Shown here: in pieces, positions 29,104-42,999 of the stretch
How positions within the stretch are numbered: the stretch's first letter is position 1
Layout: each line of letters opens with the position of its first letter
From: Schmidtea polychroa
Taxonomy: Eukaryota
Length of the DNA stretch: 64,000 nt
NCBI GenBank assembly: GCA_044892525.1
Contig: CM097885.1
Location: 84,258,001-84,322,000 of the forward strand
Direction of reading: 5' to 3'
Notes under the pieces: generated by a model
What the model was told of the DNA's origin: nothing
The model's database searches: none
Seen by the model: the letters and a program-made list of their open reading frames with translations, nothing else
Position numbers and translations under genes: made by a program

Positions 29104-30108
29104 CAGAGTTATTCAAAACTATATATTCCTTTATTCAATACTATATATTCATTTATTCAAAACTATATATTCATCTATTCAAAACTATATATCCATTTAC
29201 TCAAAGGTATGATGAAATAATTAATATGCATGATATAATGACTATTACTGTTTGTTTGTTTAATTGGTTTTTAAAGAACGTTAAATATTAAAATTCAAAA
29301 GGCGTCCATGGCAAGGAAGAGTCGCAAAATGGTAACTGTTGAAATGGCGGAAACGATTATTAGAATGGCGCAAAATGATAATATGAAAATAAAAGATATT
29401 GCAACAAGCTTGGATTTCAACAGACAAACTATTCGAAAAGTTTTATCTGATAATAGGAATGGGAGGACATTTGTTGAGGCGAATACTAAATTCAAACGGA
29501 GTATTTTAGAGCGAAATCGAATATTTAATGAAAATGAGCAAGCGCTTTTCAACATAGTGGGTTTAAATAATAGCTTAATTCAAAGTGAGATGAAAGAAAA
29601 AATATCCGAGCAAACTGGAGCAGTAATTTCACAGCCAACAATATGCCGAAAATTGAAAAAACTGAAAATAAGCAGGAAACGACTCTGGTTAATTCCAAAT
29701 GAAAGGAATTCAACAGCAAATATTGAAAGGCGAGCACTATATTGCGCAGAAATTGTGAGAATCCCAAGGGAAAACTTAATATTTCTGGATGAGTCTGGGT
29801 TCAATCAACATCTCAGGCGTGCTTATGGATATTCGAATGTTAACACCCCCGCATTTATATCCGTGCCGGGGAACCGCGGAGTGAATAGGAGTTGCATGTG
29901 TGCCATTGGAAATATATATATATATATATATATATCATGCATATTAATTATTTCATCATACCTTTGAGTAAATGGATATATAGTTTTGAATAGATGAATA
30001 TATAGTTTTAAATAAATGAATATATAGTTTTGAATAAATGAATATATAGTATTGAATAAAGGAATATATAGTTTTGAATAAATGAATATATAGTTTTGAA
30101 TAACTCTG
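29104..30108 (+). mobile_element. Internally deleted IS630/Tc1-mariner element with long modular TIRs
   Basis: TA duplication at 29102-29103 and 30109-30110. TIRs begin CAGAGTTATTCAAAACTATAT and are built of about 21-bp subrepeats. ORF 29308-29967 has HTH regions and LIFLDESGF, then ends in (TA)n without the second Asp or the Glu. Confidence 0.9.
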
Positions 30109-30225
30109 TAAAAGTGATTGACAACCCATACAAAAGAATCCCATTAAAAATATTTATTTAACTTAGGAAATTATGTAATCGACACAAATAATTAATTATA
30201 ACAATGTATCATTTTGACGAATAAT

Positions 30226-30934
30226 TGTCGAACCCATATGTTACGCAAAAAGAAAAAAATTACTAATACAAATTTATTAAAAAATCGCTTATCTAGCAAA
30301 GTTCTTTTTTATATTCTTTTTCCTTATTTTAGTTTATGTCATGTCATTTAAATCTTAGGGGTAAAGTTTTATTTTGTTTTTATAGCTTTTGGCGGGAAAA
30401 TTTGGAGGGAATTTAAATCCCGAAAATGAAATACATTTTGACACTAGAAGAAATTGAAAAAATTAAAACTTGTCTAAATCAAGGAAGTAGTTGGATTACT
30501 GACATAGACATATAGACATTCAAAAAGAAATTTTATAAAGAAAGCTGAAAACTTTATTGAAGTGGAAAATAAGCTTTATCTAAAATCAGGAGAATGTAAC
30601 AAAGATATCATTGCAAATGATGATGAAGTTGGCCTGCTCAATTTATTTGAAAGATTGCATCTCCCTGACCACACTGGGATGAAAGCAATGTATGAAAACT
30701 CAATATAATTGTACGCGGGCTTCAAAAGGGAAAGAATAACGCGATATGTATCTTCTTGTTTAATATCCAAAATTTAGAAAAACAATAATTAAATTTCATT
30801 ATTTAATTGCTTTTTTTTATGTAATATTTTGATGTTTTTATTGCTTCTTATGCTTTTTTATCTAATTTGTTTCTTTGTGTAGAATAAAAAATTTTTGCGT
30901 AAGATTTGGGCGTGCGTAACATATGGGTTCGACA
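30226..30934 (+). mobile_element. Ginger2/TDD-like non-autonomous DNA transposon
   Basis: Perfect 22-bp TIR TGTCGAACCCATATGTTACGCA and 5-bp ATAAT duplication (30221-30225, 30935-30939). The interior encodes an integrase zinc-finger relic LHLPDHTGMKAMY...YVSSC. Confidence 0.75.
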
Positions 30935-31190
30935 ATAATTAATCTAAATAATCCAATAATATCTCACATAAATGTTTTATAAATAAAATATAATGCTGAA
31001 AAAATAATTTAATATTTATAATAATTACAACAAAATTTGGTTGAAATGAATAAACAAACAGCGTTATAGACATTGGACTAAAAATCCTAGAAAAACTGAA
31101 ATATTGCCATTGCCAGAAAAAAAAATCACAATAACAACAAAACATATATTTGAGCCTTTCAATACAAATAAATTATTTCTATCTGTTTTA

Positions 31191-34100
31191 CTAACATCTT
31201 TCAAAAACCGAATACAGATTTGGCAAACTAGTAAGTTTCACCAGAGTGCCGTCGTGCTCGAATGAAGTTGGAATTTGCAGAAAGGTCTTGTACATAGGAA
31301 GGATTGTATTTTCAAAAACCGCATCGAACTCAGCTTTGTCAGCAAACAGTGAGCTGCTGCTACCGATACCGAAAGCATAGAACTCTGCGATTTCACGACA
31401 TATGCCATGAATACACAACCCTTCGTCATTGTAATTGATCTTAGTGCATAGATTCACAATAAATTTAGGAAGCCTTCGCAAATCCGGTATAAATCTACAA
31501 TGTAATAAATTATTTAAAATTAGCCTAGCAATTATATAATTTTTAAACCACTGCAATAGAATTACGAGGAATTTTGTCGTAATAATTTACAGGCTTTACA
31601 AGCAAACCATGTGTTTGATCATGTTCAAACCTGCAAGTTGTGATGTGGAGTTTTACAGACGAAAAACGGTATTACTGGTTGGAAGGCGAAAATGTTTTGA
31701 TTTGAATTGAATGGAGTTTTTATGATGACCGTCTGTAAACGGTTTTAGTTGTTAAAAGGTTAATGACAAATTATCAATATTTTATTGACTAAGGAAAGAA
31801 ATCAATCTAAAAATTATTAAATGTAGTGTCGGCTACGGAGATAAACTACTATACGCAGTACTATTGAGGTTATGTGGGTGAGTGGACAAATAAATTCTCA
31901 AGTGCAAAATTGATTGAAATTTACAGAATATTATCAAATGTATGAGAGGGTAACAAATAAAAAGTTTAAAAAAATTATGGCGCCCATAGGTCATTATAAA
32001 AATAGAAACTAATTAATTGACATAAATCATTTTGGTAAAAAACCCAAATCATCGAATTTAAGAGACGCAATAGTGGCCTGTCAGGTTACTGCGTGGAGAA
32101 AGGTTAATATTTAACTTATATATTGTTGGGTTATTGGGTCGGTGATAATATTTGTAATGTTAAAATTCTTACTCTGACTCCAAGCTTGACTGACCCACAA
32201 ATAACACTTGACAACAGAAATCTTTATTGATAATCACAAAATAATTTTCACTTTACACTAAAAATCAATTCAACATTGCGCTCGGTGACTATACAATGCT
32301 TATTGCAACCTTCAGCGAGGATTAAAAGATCATTAACTACTGATTGGTTTATCAACTGGGACTTTGAATTGGTTGTTTTCTTTGACTTTCTTAGACAACT
32401 TTATTCAAATATTCAAATAACTTCTTTTCGTTTATTTCTCAACTAATTCTTTTCTGAACATTTTCTCCGACAATTATTCTCCAACAAATCGTTTTCCAAT
32501 AAATACTCGTCTCAATGACTTCTATCAAATTTCTCCGTTAGTTTATCTCCTTTCCGGTAGACTCTTGACTCGCCCATATAATTGTAGAAAATGTACGTCG
32601 CGAATTTCCAATCTCCAGTATAAGGACGTTAATGGAACGCGAGAAGTCATGATAAAATACAATCCCCAAAACTTCGAAAAATGTTTAATTTAAAACGAAT
32701 GGCCGCATGAAAGCAGATCAAATGAAACAAAAACTAAAATAATAAAACTAAAGGATTTTTCAAAAAGTACATTAAAAAAAAGAATTAATAAAATTAACCA
32801 CAAAAGTTAAATAAAATGTCAAAAATTAGATATAAATGTTATGATTAACCCTCAGTTGAGCAAATATATGGAAAGAAGTACTAATATCTGACCAAAGGCA
32901 CTTTCATTACCATTAATTATGTTAAATAAACCTTATAAATCCTATATAATTAACAATGAAAAATATTAGATTTTATAATTTGAATACCACATATCTGTAT
33001 AAATAAATACAAGCATGGTTCACATAATTTCCATAAAAAAGTTCACGGCAATAAACCGCAATGTAATATTATGAAAATATGAATATTTATGAAGATAATT
33101 ATGATGTTTTACATCATCAACTATTCTATATAATAATTCATAATAAAAATGCTTAAGTTTATACACCAAACTATTTTTTACACGGTAGATAAGATCCAAG
33201 GAAATACGTGTAAAAAATACATTAAGACATAGTAAAATTCAAAGTTTTAAATGACTCAGTTTTTTTTCAATTATAAAATTATTTTGAAATTGTGTTAGAT
33301 CGAATAAATCGTGCATAAAAAGAAAAATTGTATTTTTGTGGACCGTGTCATTTCGAAATCGTGTAAAAGAGTTGAGTGTACTTAAATTTTTATTAATATA
33401 TCAAATTTTATATAACTTCATGCCCAAAAATAATATTAGATATAGAAAAATATTTAGTTATTGAAGAGTTTTACATATTCAAATAAATCCTTTAATTTTC
33501 TTTTAAAAAATTCCGTGATATTTTCTAAAATTTTTCTAATAGAAATTTGGTACTTCCGTGTTATCTTACCCCCAAAAATTAAATTATAAAATACTATTAA
33601 AATAACAATATAAAAAATGAGAGAATACATTATTGATGACGTTATTGAACATGAATTTATTAAGGCTATCTGTGATTTATATGTGATTATGTGAGTTTAT
33701 GTGGCGCAAACGTGTTCTAAGCAACAGTGCTGATGTGTTCGACACTATTCTCAACGACATTGTGGTTTTCTGGCCACCTGGATGACCATTTACAAACTCT
33801 TTACAAACATTTGCTGAGTTTGTAACTGTGATTTAGAAAATAAATATATTAATTATGTGTTCTTTTTTAATTTAATTTTTGGGGGTAAGATAACACGGAA
33901 GTACCATAAATTTAATTTCAAATTACTATTTTATTATAAAATCATCGATAAAAAAATAAATTATAATCATACTTATTAAAATTTAATGCCAGAAACAATC
34001 CTATTAATTGCGAGTTGGTGTATTAATGTTAATAGGTAAATTTGTTTTTGTTCGAGAAACGAGTTAATAATATTTATTTTAATAATATTTTTTTGTATTA

Positions 34101-37100
34101 ATTGTTCGAATAAAATTTTTGAATTTTTCTTGTATATATTATTTTATTTATGTATAAATTTCAAAGTACTAAATTACTGGATTATTCTCTGGAGATACTT
34201 TTTTGCAAGTTGTTTTACCTATGTTTTTTAATGGTCATACATTGTTTCGGTTCAAGACTATTATTCGATTTTGATGCGTTACTATTTCCAAATACTGTAG
34301 CCATTTTGAATTGAATTACCAAATAAATTTAATCTTCCATAATATACCCCGGCTTACCAAAAGTCTCCAGTCAGACAGTTATTTACATATTGCAGTTTAT
34401 GATGAACGTCTGCAGTGCAAATATGAACAGCAATGGGAACAAAGGTCACCAACACATGCTACATGCGCACACATACACACGCATTCACACACATAATATG
34501 ACTACTCACACCAGACACACAAAGGTGATAGCAGTGAGTCATATTAATGAAGGATTGTCATTTTCTTAGAATATGGCTACTTGAATAGAGCTTACAGAGT
34601 TTTATAAAGGCATTATTTACGGATGTTACCTTTATGGAAAAGTCAGTGAAACTGTTACATTGACTGGCCATCCCAAAGGAACTATTAGGAACTTTCGGAG
34701 GAAGTACCGCCAGCACCAGACACATGTCAACAAGCAACGTTCAGGACACCCTAAACTTCTGAATATCCGTATACAACGGCAGCTAAAACGACTTGTGGTG
34801 GCTCATCGTCGGTTCCCCTGTCCAAGTTAGTGTCCACATTTAACACTGACCCTGTGCATGCCAGCATGTCTAGCATTCGTCGCGCATTACATTTCCATGG
34901 TTTCTATGGCAGATACTGCGCAAGAAAGCTTTTCATTACAGAAACAATTCGTCATCGTCGCATGAAGTGGTGCCAAGAGAGGAGTTGGAGAGCCGAACAA
35001 TGGCGCTCAGTCATTTGGAGTGATGAATCACGTTTTACTCAGTTCAAATCTGATGGACAGCAATTCTGCTGGCGTCGTGTAGGAGAACGATTTCACCCTG
35101 ACTGCATCCAGTCAATTGTGATATATGGATGAGGCTCTCTGATGTTTTGGAGTCTTTTCTCAGCTCGTGTAACTGGCCCTCTAGTGAAGTCCAGCAATCA
35201 CATGAAGTCAGTGCAATACCAAAATGAGCCTGTTCCCTTTCTCCCAGAATTTGAGGGGCTCATTTTCCAATATAATATTACACTAATCCATACCTCGTAC
35301 ATTATTAATGAATTATTTCTGCAGCACAGCACCAACGTTTGGATTGGGTTTCACAAAGCCCTGATCTGAATCCTATTGAGTTTCTGTGGGACGTCCTTGG
35401 TAGACGAGTTCACAAAAGGATTCCCAATGCCCGTAATGCATCCGAACTGGAAACGCATCTGCACAAGTAATGGTCACGCATCTCCCCTGATTTCCTGGCA
35501 AAATTGGTCGATACAATGCCTAAACGAGTGCGCCTTGTTATCCAAGTGAAAGGTAATATAACGAAGTACTAACTCTCTCTGCACTACAGACATTCAGTAT
35601 TTGTGAGTGTTTGTGACATTTGTTCCCACTACTATTCATTATAAACTGTCAATTATAGACTGCAATATGTAAATAACTGCCTGACTGTAGACTTCTGGTA
35701 GGCCGGGATATGTCATTTCTGCAATCAATATATGAAAGTGGACTGTCAAGAATCTATATTGGAGTATTTAGTATTATCTCATGATAATATATTATGTTGT
35801 CATTTGTGTTGGATTCAATTTGAAAATGAGCTTGATTTAATTGAGTATGTAAAGAATAATTTCTATTGCAATTTTGAAAACTGTTTCGTTGGGTCAACTA
35901 ATATAAATTAAATAATAATTTATAAAATAAATGCTGATGATGTTTTTATGATGAAATCGTTAATAGTTTACCTTAAATTAATGAAAATAGATTCAAATTT
36001 GACCACACAACAATAGGGAGTGCAAAAGTTAATTATTTAATTAGCAGTAAATGAGGACCTTTCATTTTAGTGTAGTTTATATTTGTATATATAATAAAAA
36101 AATAACAAAACTGACTTTTCAAGAACTAATGGAATGGTCAACAGAGTTCCGGCTGCCACGTCAATTTTAATAGAAAAGTAGTCTAACAATAAATCAGAAT
36201 GACTTATTAAGAGAGCAATCATTTCATCTGCATTCACTCCTTCATATAATTGATCAGTTCCTTGCAATCCATATACGAAAAGATCTTTTAGCAATGTTCT
36301 ATTACCATCATTTTCTGAGACATTTTGATCAATAAGATCGATTTCACCAAAATTACCAAAGTGATGAAGACATAGTTGATAGAAAAGATTGTAATTCACA
36401 ACTTGTGTGTTCAAAAGTAACAAATCTTTATCTCGTTGAACCAAAATCCTATCGTTATCAATCATACCAACATAGACAAGATTTTGCCAATCGCAAGCAT
36501 TAGTTATTTCTATCGATTTCCGTAGATTATCAAGTGTCGTTAGTCCAAATATCCGGTTTTTGTTCTTAGAAACTGGATCTGGAGTTGAATGAGATACCGA
36601 AATAGAATCTGGTTTAGACACTGACTGTGGTTTAACTGGTGTTTCAGATTTGATAAATTGAGGAAACTTAATGATTTCTTTCGGTTTACCAATTGAAATG
36701 ATTGACGTATTCTCCATTTTAAGAGATGGATCATTGCACAAATTCCTCTATAAAATTACACCGATAACACTGCCATTTTTAAAATTATCCAATCAAAATA
36801 TATCAAATCAATTTAACGTCAAAATTAGATTAAGACAATTTACATTGAAAAATATCGAATCAATTTATACTTAGAAATATATCAATATATCAATATAAGC
36901 TGGAAAATATAATAAAGAGTTGCCAAATCAATATTTAAAGTAAGATTGAGAAAATATTGAAAAACATACTTCTTTCAATACTGAGAGAGATCGGTCACAG
37001 TTTGTCGTTGTTGATTTAGTAAGGAATGCATTAATTTTCTGTAATTTTGGGTCGACCCTTATCTTTTCAGAGGGTCTTGTTGATATGGAAACACTGTTAT

Positions 37101-40100
37101 TCAAGGAAGAATTTGTTGATCTATTCAAAAACGATTGAGTGGGAAAACTTCGGGATTCGGATGATGAGGAAATTAATTTTTCGATTAAACTTTGGATACT
37201 GGCAACAATTAACTCTTGATGTAGAAAATGCACCTAATAAAATATTGAAATTCAACTATGTTATGTAATCATATATTAATTACATAACTGTTCCGTCGTT
37301 GTTACATTTTACTAAATGAACATGCGTTAGTGTAATACAGTAGCAATTTTAAGCAAAAAGAATATTTATTTATTTATACAAAACCTTTCTACGTATTTTC
37401 TAAAAACTGGCATATCGTTATAAAATAGCAACAATGTTCATAAATAAATTATTTTACTTATTACAAAAATATTGTTGGATGATGAGGGTGGACCCATCAT
37501 CACCACATTCACCCTAAACAAATACTACAGAATGGGGCCAGGAAAATATAGGGTTTAACTGTGTTCAGAGGAGCGACAATAACAAAGGCCGATTCCCCAT
37601 CAATTTAATTATCGATTCCCCTCGGTTGAACAATGACTCATATATATGATTTATTGACCTTATTCTTATCTTTATTTGATCGGAGCTTTATCTTTATTGC
37701 AAATAATTTTATAATTGAACTTTATATTTTTTTGGATTTTTATGTTGTATATCTCTGTATGAAGTTTATTTGTGTCTTATTTATTTGTAATATTATCATT
37801 ATGAAGAAAAAAAAATTATATAAGTGGGGAGAGAAAAATATCAAATCACTTTTTTTGGGGAACTTAATCGATATTTCCTAAAGCAAATAAAGAATTTCTT
37901 AGATATAAGAGTGCTTGGCACAAACAAAATAAAATATCTTTAAGAAATAAAATATTTTGAAAATATAAACTATGTTAGGTTCGTTGGGTAAATATTCGAA
38001 CTAACACAGTTTATTACTCTGACTCTAATTAAAATATACGCGTGTAGGTAATATAAAATAAATAACAAATATGATTTAAATATTTATTCTTTCAAAACAA
38101 ATGTGTTACAAGACTAAGTTACTTTTTACAAATAGACCCTGGCTGCCTACTGAAGAATAGATAACGGTTATTCAAACCGCCACAGAGTATTTCTACGAAT
38201 CAATGCTGGGCCTAAATGCGCCAACAGCCCGATATAGGTAACAAGAAACAAATGAGGGAGTATCCAAATTTTAACGGCGATAGTATTAACCCAGAAATTG
38301 GTTAGTACTTTAAGTAAAATTGAAGCGAGACAGCTACAAAAATCGTTTGCTGACGCTGTAACCAGTGGAATTTAATTAATTAAACTAAATCTATAAGTTT
38401 ACTAACTTAATTACTAAATCTTCTAAAGTCCAGAAATATCAGTGCAATTTCCAATGAGAAATATCCCGATATTATTTCCAAAATTAGATTGCTATAAACC
38501 CGAAATGGTTCTTAATAGCAAAACGTATTTAACAAAATCGATAATCCGCTAAAACCTGAGATCAATTGTCGGAGTAATTTTCAAAATATGTAGCTTGTAT
38601 GTTCTACTCAATTTTGTTTATAATCGATTATCACCAATTTTCAGAATGTAATTCGTGTGACTAAATCCGCCTATGTCTGACTTTGTATGTTTAATTTCTA
38701 CGTCCGAGTTTTTCTTCTATCTTTTTCGTTCCTCAACTGAAATTTCTAGCTGTATTTATATTATTCAAAATTAACTTATTCTATTCATAGTAGTTGTTTA
38801 ATTACTAAATATCTACTTATTAAAATACTATTTTTATTGATTTTCTGAATATAGTAATTTTTAATTACTATTTTTATTTATTTGTATTCTAGTTTTAGTA
38901 ATATTTTAATTTCATGTTTCTATAAATTTAATTACTATTCATAATTTATTATTCTTATTATCTAAAAAATCCTATTTTTATTATTTCTCATTTTCATGGT
39001 TCCTAATGAACCCCAACAAATATAAAACAATTATTTACAATAGCAAAACAATTATTTACTATAGTTCAAAATTTGGTATAAATAACGGGGCAAAATCAGT
39101 ATTATTCGCCCAAAAAATTCAGACTTAGCTCCGGAATTTCTTGAAGTCAATCTTCTCGAAGTTTAAAAATAAGACAGACAAAAACGTCTAACAGATCTTT
39201 CTGCACTCACGACATAACACGCTTTAAATAACAGATATCAACAAACACATAGCATTCACGATCTTTAATAATCTTATAACTGTAATATTTGAGAGTCATT
39301 ATATCCTTGAAATTAAATAAACTTAGAATCTAAAAATGTACATTTTAAAGATGAATTTTTGTTTTTAATAAATATTAAAGTCTTGTTTATTGATTTATAT
39401 ATAAGAACCAGGTAAGTTGAGTCCAATAGCGAGACCTCAACAATATATAACGTTGAAATTTTTCAAAGCCTAACTGTATTTCTTAAAATTATCATTTGTT
39501 TTGATTTATTGCATAACCATAATGGTAAATTACCATTGGTAATGTTTTTTAAAACTATTTGAATTACGACTAATATACAAAATTTGAAATTATTCTAAGT
39601 GGCAATTAAGGTTTGAAAAATATAGAAATAGTTGGGTTTCCTTTATTTCATTTGATAATTATAATTTATGTGGTTTGGATAGAGCTGGACTGACCAGCTG
39701 CCAAGCTTCTGGGAGTTTCCTGGTGGGCCATGCCAAATATTAAATCAAAATTTTTTCCTTAAATATTTTTTCTCATACAAAATAAAAATTTTTCCACACA
39801 AAAATGAAAACAAATTTTTTTTATAATTTTCCCCATAAAAACAATAGTGATTTCAAATTTTCTTAAAATTAATTAGTTTCAATACAAGGATTGTGGGGAA
39901 TTTTAAAAAATCTAAAATGTCAACTAAATAACGAGTTTGGGAAACAAAAAATTTTAAATACTCAAGTAAAAAAATGCACTAAGATATCAAATATATTTCG
40001 TATTTAACCCAGTGCCGGGGTTACAGAAACTGTAATTTAATCATGTTCATTAACTCCAAAAAATCAATTGGATATGTCAACAATACTATATGATAAAGAA

Positions 40101-42999
40101 GAACACGATATTGAAGAAATGGACCAAGAACAATGAATAGAAATATCACCAGAGGATTTTGCTAAATATGATGAAAACGAAATAGATGAAAAAAGTAATC
40201 ATTTTATTAAACCAGATATAGAAAACTTAGACAAATTTTTGAAAATTCATCCAATACTATCAAATTTGGAAGCAAAATATAATATAAACATAAAGCTATA
40301 TTTTCAGAAAGATAGAGTGCGTCGCTGCTGGTTATCTTTGAATGAAGACATCGGAAAACTGTATTGTGCATTTTATTTAACGTTTTGTAAGAATTCAGAT
40401 CAGTCGATATTTTTTAGCGGTTAAAACATGGTACATGTTAAGGACACATATGAACGAGTTACTGAACATAAGTATTGAAAATCAATAATAGAGATATTTA
40501 TACAATAAATATAAATATATACTAATTTTAGAGCGGGTGATTGAGACTATCAAAGTTAACGGAAAACGTGGTTTAAGTTATCGGAGCATGAACGAGTCAA
40601 CTTCCAAATTACTGAACGATAATTTGGATCATGGAAATTTCTTGGAATAGCAAAGAGGCAGTTTTGTAAACTACTTCGAATTCTGTAATAAGCTCTATTT
40701 CACAAATAATGAAAAAAATATATAGCAATGAAGTATAAAATGCGCACATGTAGAGTATTCAAATTGATACTTAAAAATTGTTATTTTATGAAAATTGAAT
40801 TTTTTTGGTGAATTTTTTTGTTTTGTGCATTTTATTTCATTTTACTTTTTGAACTGACTTCTGTTTACCTCAAAACGTATAGCTATTAAAGAAAAAATTA
40901 ATAACTTTTGAAAGCAAAAAATAACAATAATTGATTGTTAAAACAAAATGTATCTAATGTATCCTAAATTCATTCTCAGTCCAGTCCTGTTTGTATGTTC
41001 TTTGGATAGCTGTGTCAAATAAAAGTTTATTTGTCGTATCCTTATTTTATGAACTATAGTTAAGCTAATTATGTCGAGAAGTATGTAGGTAAAAATAGAA
41101 TCCTCTCCCCCTCTTAACATATAAGAAAATCAAATATTTTACTGGAAACATACATTTAACCGCTTCATGCTTTTGAACGAGTCACGCTCGCGCACTAAAT
41201 ACGTTCCAATTTGTGCTAGCCGGTAACGACTCGCAGCGTCCTATTTTTGCTAACACGAATAACGGTCGTGAAAGTTAGCGACGTATTTTACGCAGTTTGA
41301 ATTGGCCTATAGTTGAGATCGGTCGAGTTTTTGAGCTGCTTATTTCGTTTTTACTATATTGTTTTCACATTTTCGTGTATGTGGACGACCAAACACAAAT
41401 TCAAATACAAATCCATCGCGCATGACAGAACGTCACTTTTTAGAGCGGATACTATCAACAGAAAAAAAACAAAGATGCATCGTGTACTACTCGAAAAAAA
41501 CTACACTGGAAAACGCATACGCCGGGAAAGTCGATACTATTGTCCTGATTGTAATGCCAGTCTATGTTTAACACCACACTTTAAAATCTATTACACTAAA
41601 TTGAATTATTAATTCATCTTTATTTTTAAAAAATTAAATATGCTTAAATTGTTAAATTTTTATGGAAAAATGTATAAACTTTGAATAAAACATTTAAAAA
41701 ACCTGATTTTTTTAAAATACTTTTTATAAAAAAACCCGAGCATTAAGTGGTTAACTGTGTTTATATAAGAATATTCCCTGAAAAATCTTTTAATTAAAAA
41801 GCTTTTGAATTGAATTAAGATCTATTTTGAAAACAATAAAATTTGTGAATTTTTTGGGTCAGTTTTAACGGGTTATAGCTAATAATAATATTCATTTTTC
41901 CAGCATTGAGTTCAACTAAATGATTGAAAGAATCTAGATTCTAGACGATATCCAACATAATAATAATTCATAATAATTAAATTCAAAGGTTCACAATTTG
42001 CAAGTTTATAAAGAATTTAAAATGTTTTATTTTATTTATTATCATTTGTTATTAGTAACCAACTATTGTTTATTTACAATTTTAAACAACGCAATTAGAG
42101 GACTTCAAATCTCATCCACAGCTTTTAGAAATACATTTAAATATAATATTTATTTTATTCGAATGAATAATAATGAATAATAATTTATGAAAATGTAATA
42201 TTTAATGGACTTTAATGTTTTGAAAACAGTAAAATATTGGATTTTTCCTTATTTTATAGATTGTAAAAATAGACAAAAATCAAAAATATGAATATATAAG
42301 ACTAACTTCAAATTTCGTCGGATGAACATTAACATCGATATTTTTTGATGGTAATTGTAAATGCAGAAAAGCAAAAGGGTACGTATGCTTTGGAAGAAGA
42401 TTTCCATAGACATTTTCAATCGATTTTTTCAATAAGTCACAATGGACAAGCCTTTGATTGATAAATAAAATGAATCTGAATTTCCTATTGTTGTAATTGG
42501 GTTTTGAAATACGTCCCGATAAAGAGAAATCTAGTTTGTCATTCTTGAAGTCAATTGTTAATAATTGTTTTGAAAGTTCACCACCAAACAACTCTACTAC
42601 GCAATCTTCTATAGGAGTTTCTGCAACAATTCTCACATCGGGGCTCGAAGTGGCATTGTCATCGATTTTTTTCAGTGTTATCGAACATTTGTGAGCATTT
42701 AGAATTGCATAATTTGAAACAACCTCAACAATTTTTGAATATTCTTCACGAGCACTTTTTAGAGATGCCTTACGAACGGGAATATTGTAAAATAAATCTT
42801 CCACTCGAACAATTGTCCCAGTATTACCGGCACATGGTTTGGGTGGATTAAGCAATTTACTATTTGAAAATTCTGCCTTGTATGCGCATAGAGAATCACT
42901 AGTTTTTGAAGTTATTTGTACATGAGCAACATGGGTAACACTTGCTAACGCTTCACCACGAAACCCAAATGTCGATATTGTCAATAAATCATGAAATTC
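31191..42999 (-). CDS. MLH1: DNA mismatch repair protein MLH1. Exons found: 42999-42307, 37233-36970, 36747-36116, 31494-31191; 5' exons not located
   Basis: [33 protein letters not shown]|[25 protein letters not shown], and the diagnostic C-terminus [11 protein letters not shown]. Splice phases are consistent across the four exons. Confidence 0.93.
32124..32670 (-). repeat. Inverted copy of the gypsy-like LTR at 16102-17117
   Basis: Begins TGTTGGGTTATTGGGTCGG and aligns as reverse complement to about 16620-17117. Confidence 0.6.
33164..33378. mobile_element. Tc1/mariner-type MITE
   Basis: TA-flanked imperfect TIRs CACCAAACTATTTTTTACACG and CGTGTAAAAGAGTTGAGTG. Confidence 0.5.
33549..33905 (+). 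mobile_element. Merlin-derived MITE
   Basis: Perfect about 35-bp TIR GGTACTTCCGTGTTATCTTACCCCCAAAAATTAAA. Near-perfect 8-bp TSD AGAAATTT/ATAAATTT. The interior retains EFMWRKR...DVFDTIL, resembling the IS1595/Merlin C-terminus. Confidence 0.8.
34347..35708 (+). mobile_element. Full-length but inactivated Tc1-like element
   Basis: Long TIRs (CCCGGCTTACCAAAAGTCTCCAGTCAGACAGTTATTTACATATTGCAG) with TA flanks. The transposase relic has [12 protein letters not shown], and [11 protein letters not shown]...MPKRVRLVI. Stops and frameshifts are present. Confidence 0.9.
37973..39018 (-). mobile_element. Probable further, shorter copy of the TGTTGG/CCAACA family
   Basis: Starts TGTTAGG and ends CCCCAACA after a T-rich tract, like the 14321-15908 copy. 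Flanks ACTA/AATA are an imperfect TSD. Weak internal similarity near 38140-38230. Confidence 0.4.
39680..40660 (+). mobile_element. hAT (Tip100/ZMYM1-like) transposase remnant
   Basis: RRCWLS...KLYCAFY (TTF-type zinc finger) and VIETIK...GLSYR...DHGNFLE are characteristic of this hAT subgroup. Confidence 0.65.
41160..41750 (+). mobile_element. Non-autonomous piggyBac element
   Basis: TTAA on both sides (41156-41159, 41751-41754). TIRs CCGCTTCATGCT and AGCATTAAGTGG. Retains the C-terminal cysteine-rich domain (RHFL...RC..., [24 protein letters not shown]). Confidence 0.85.
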
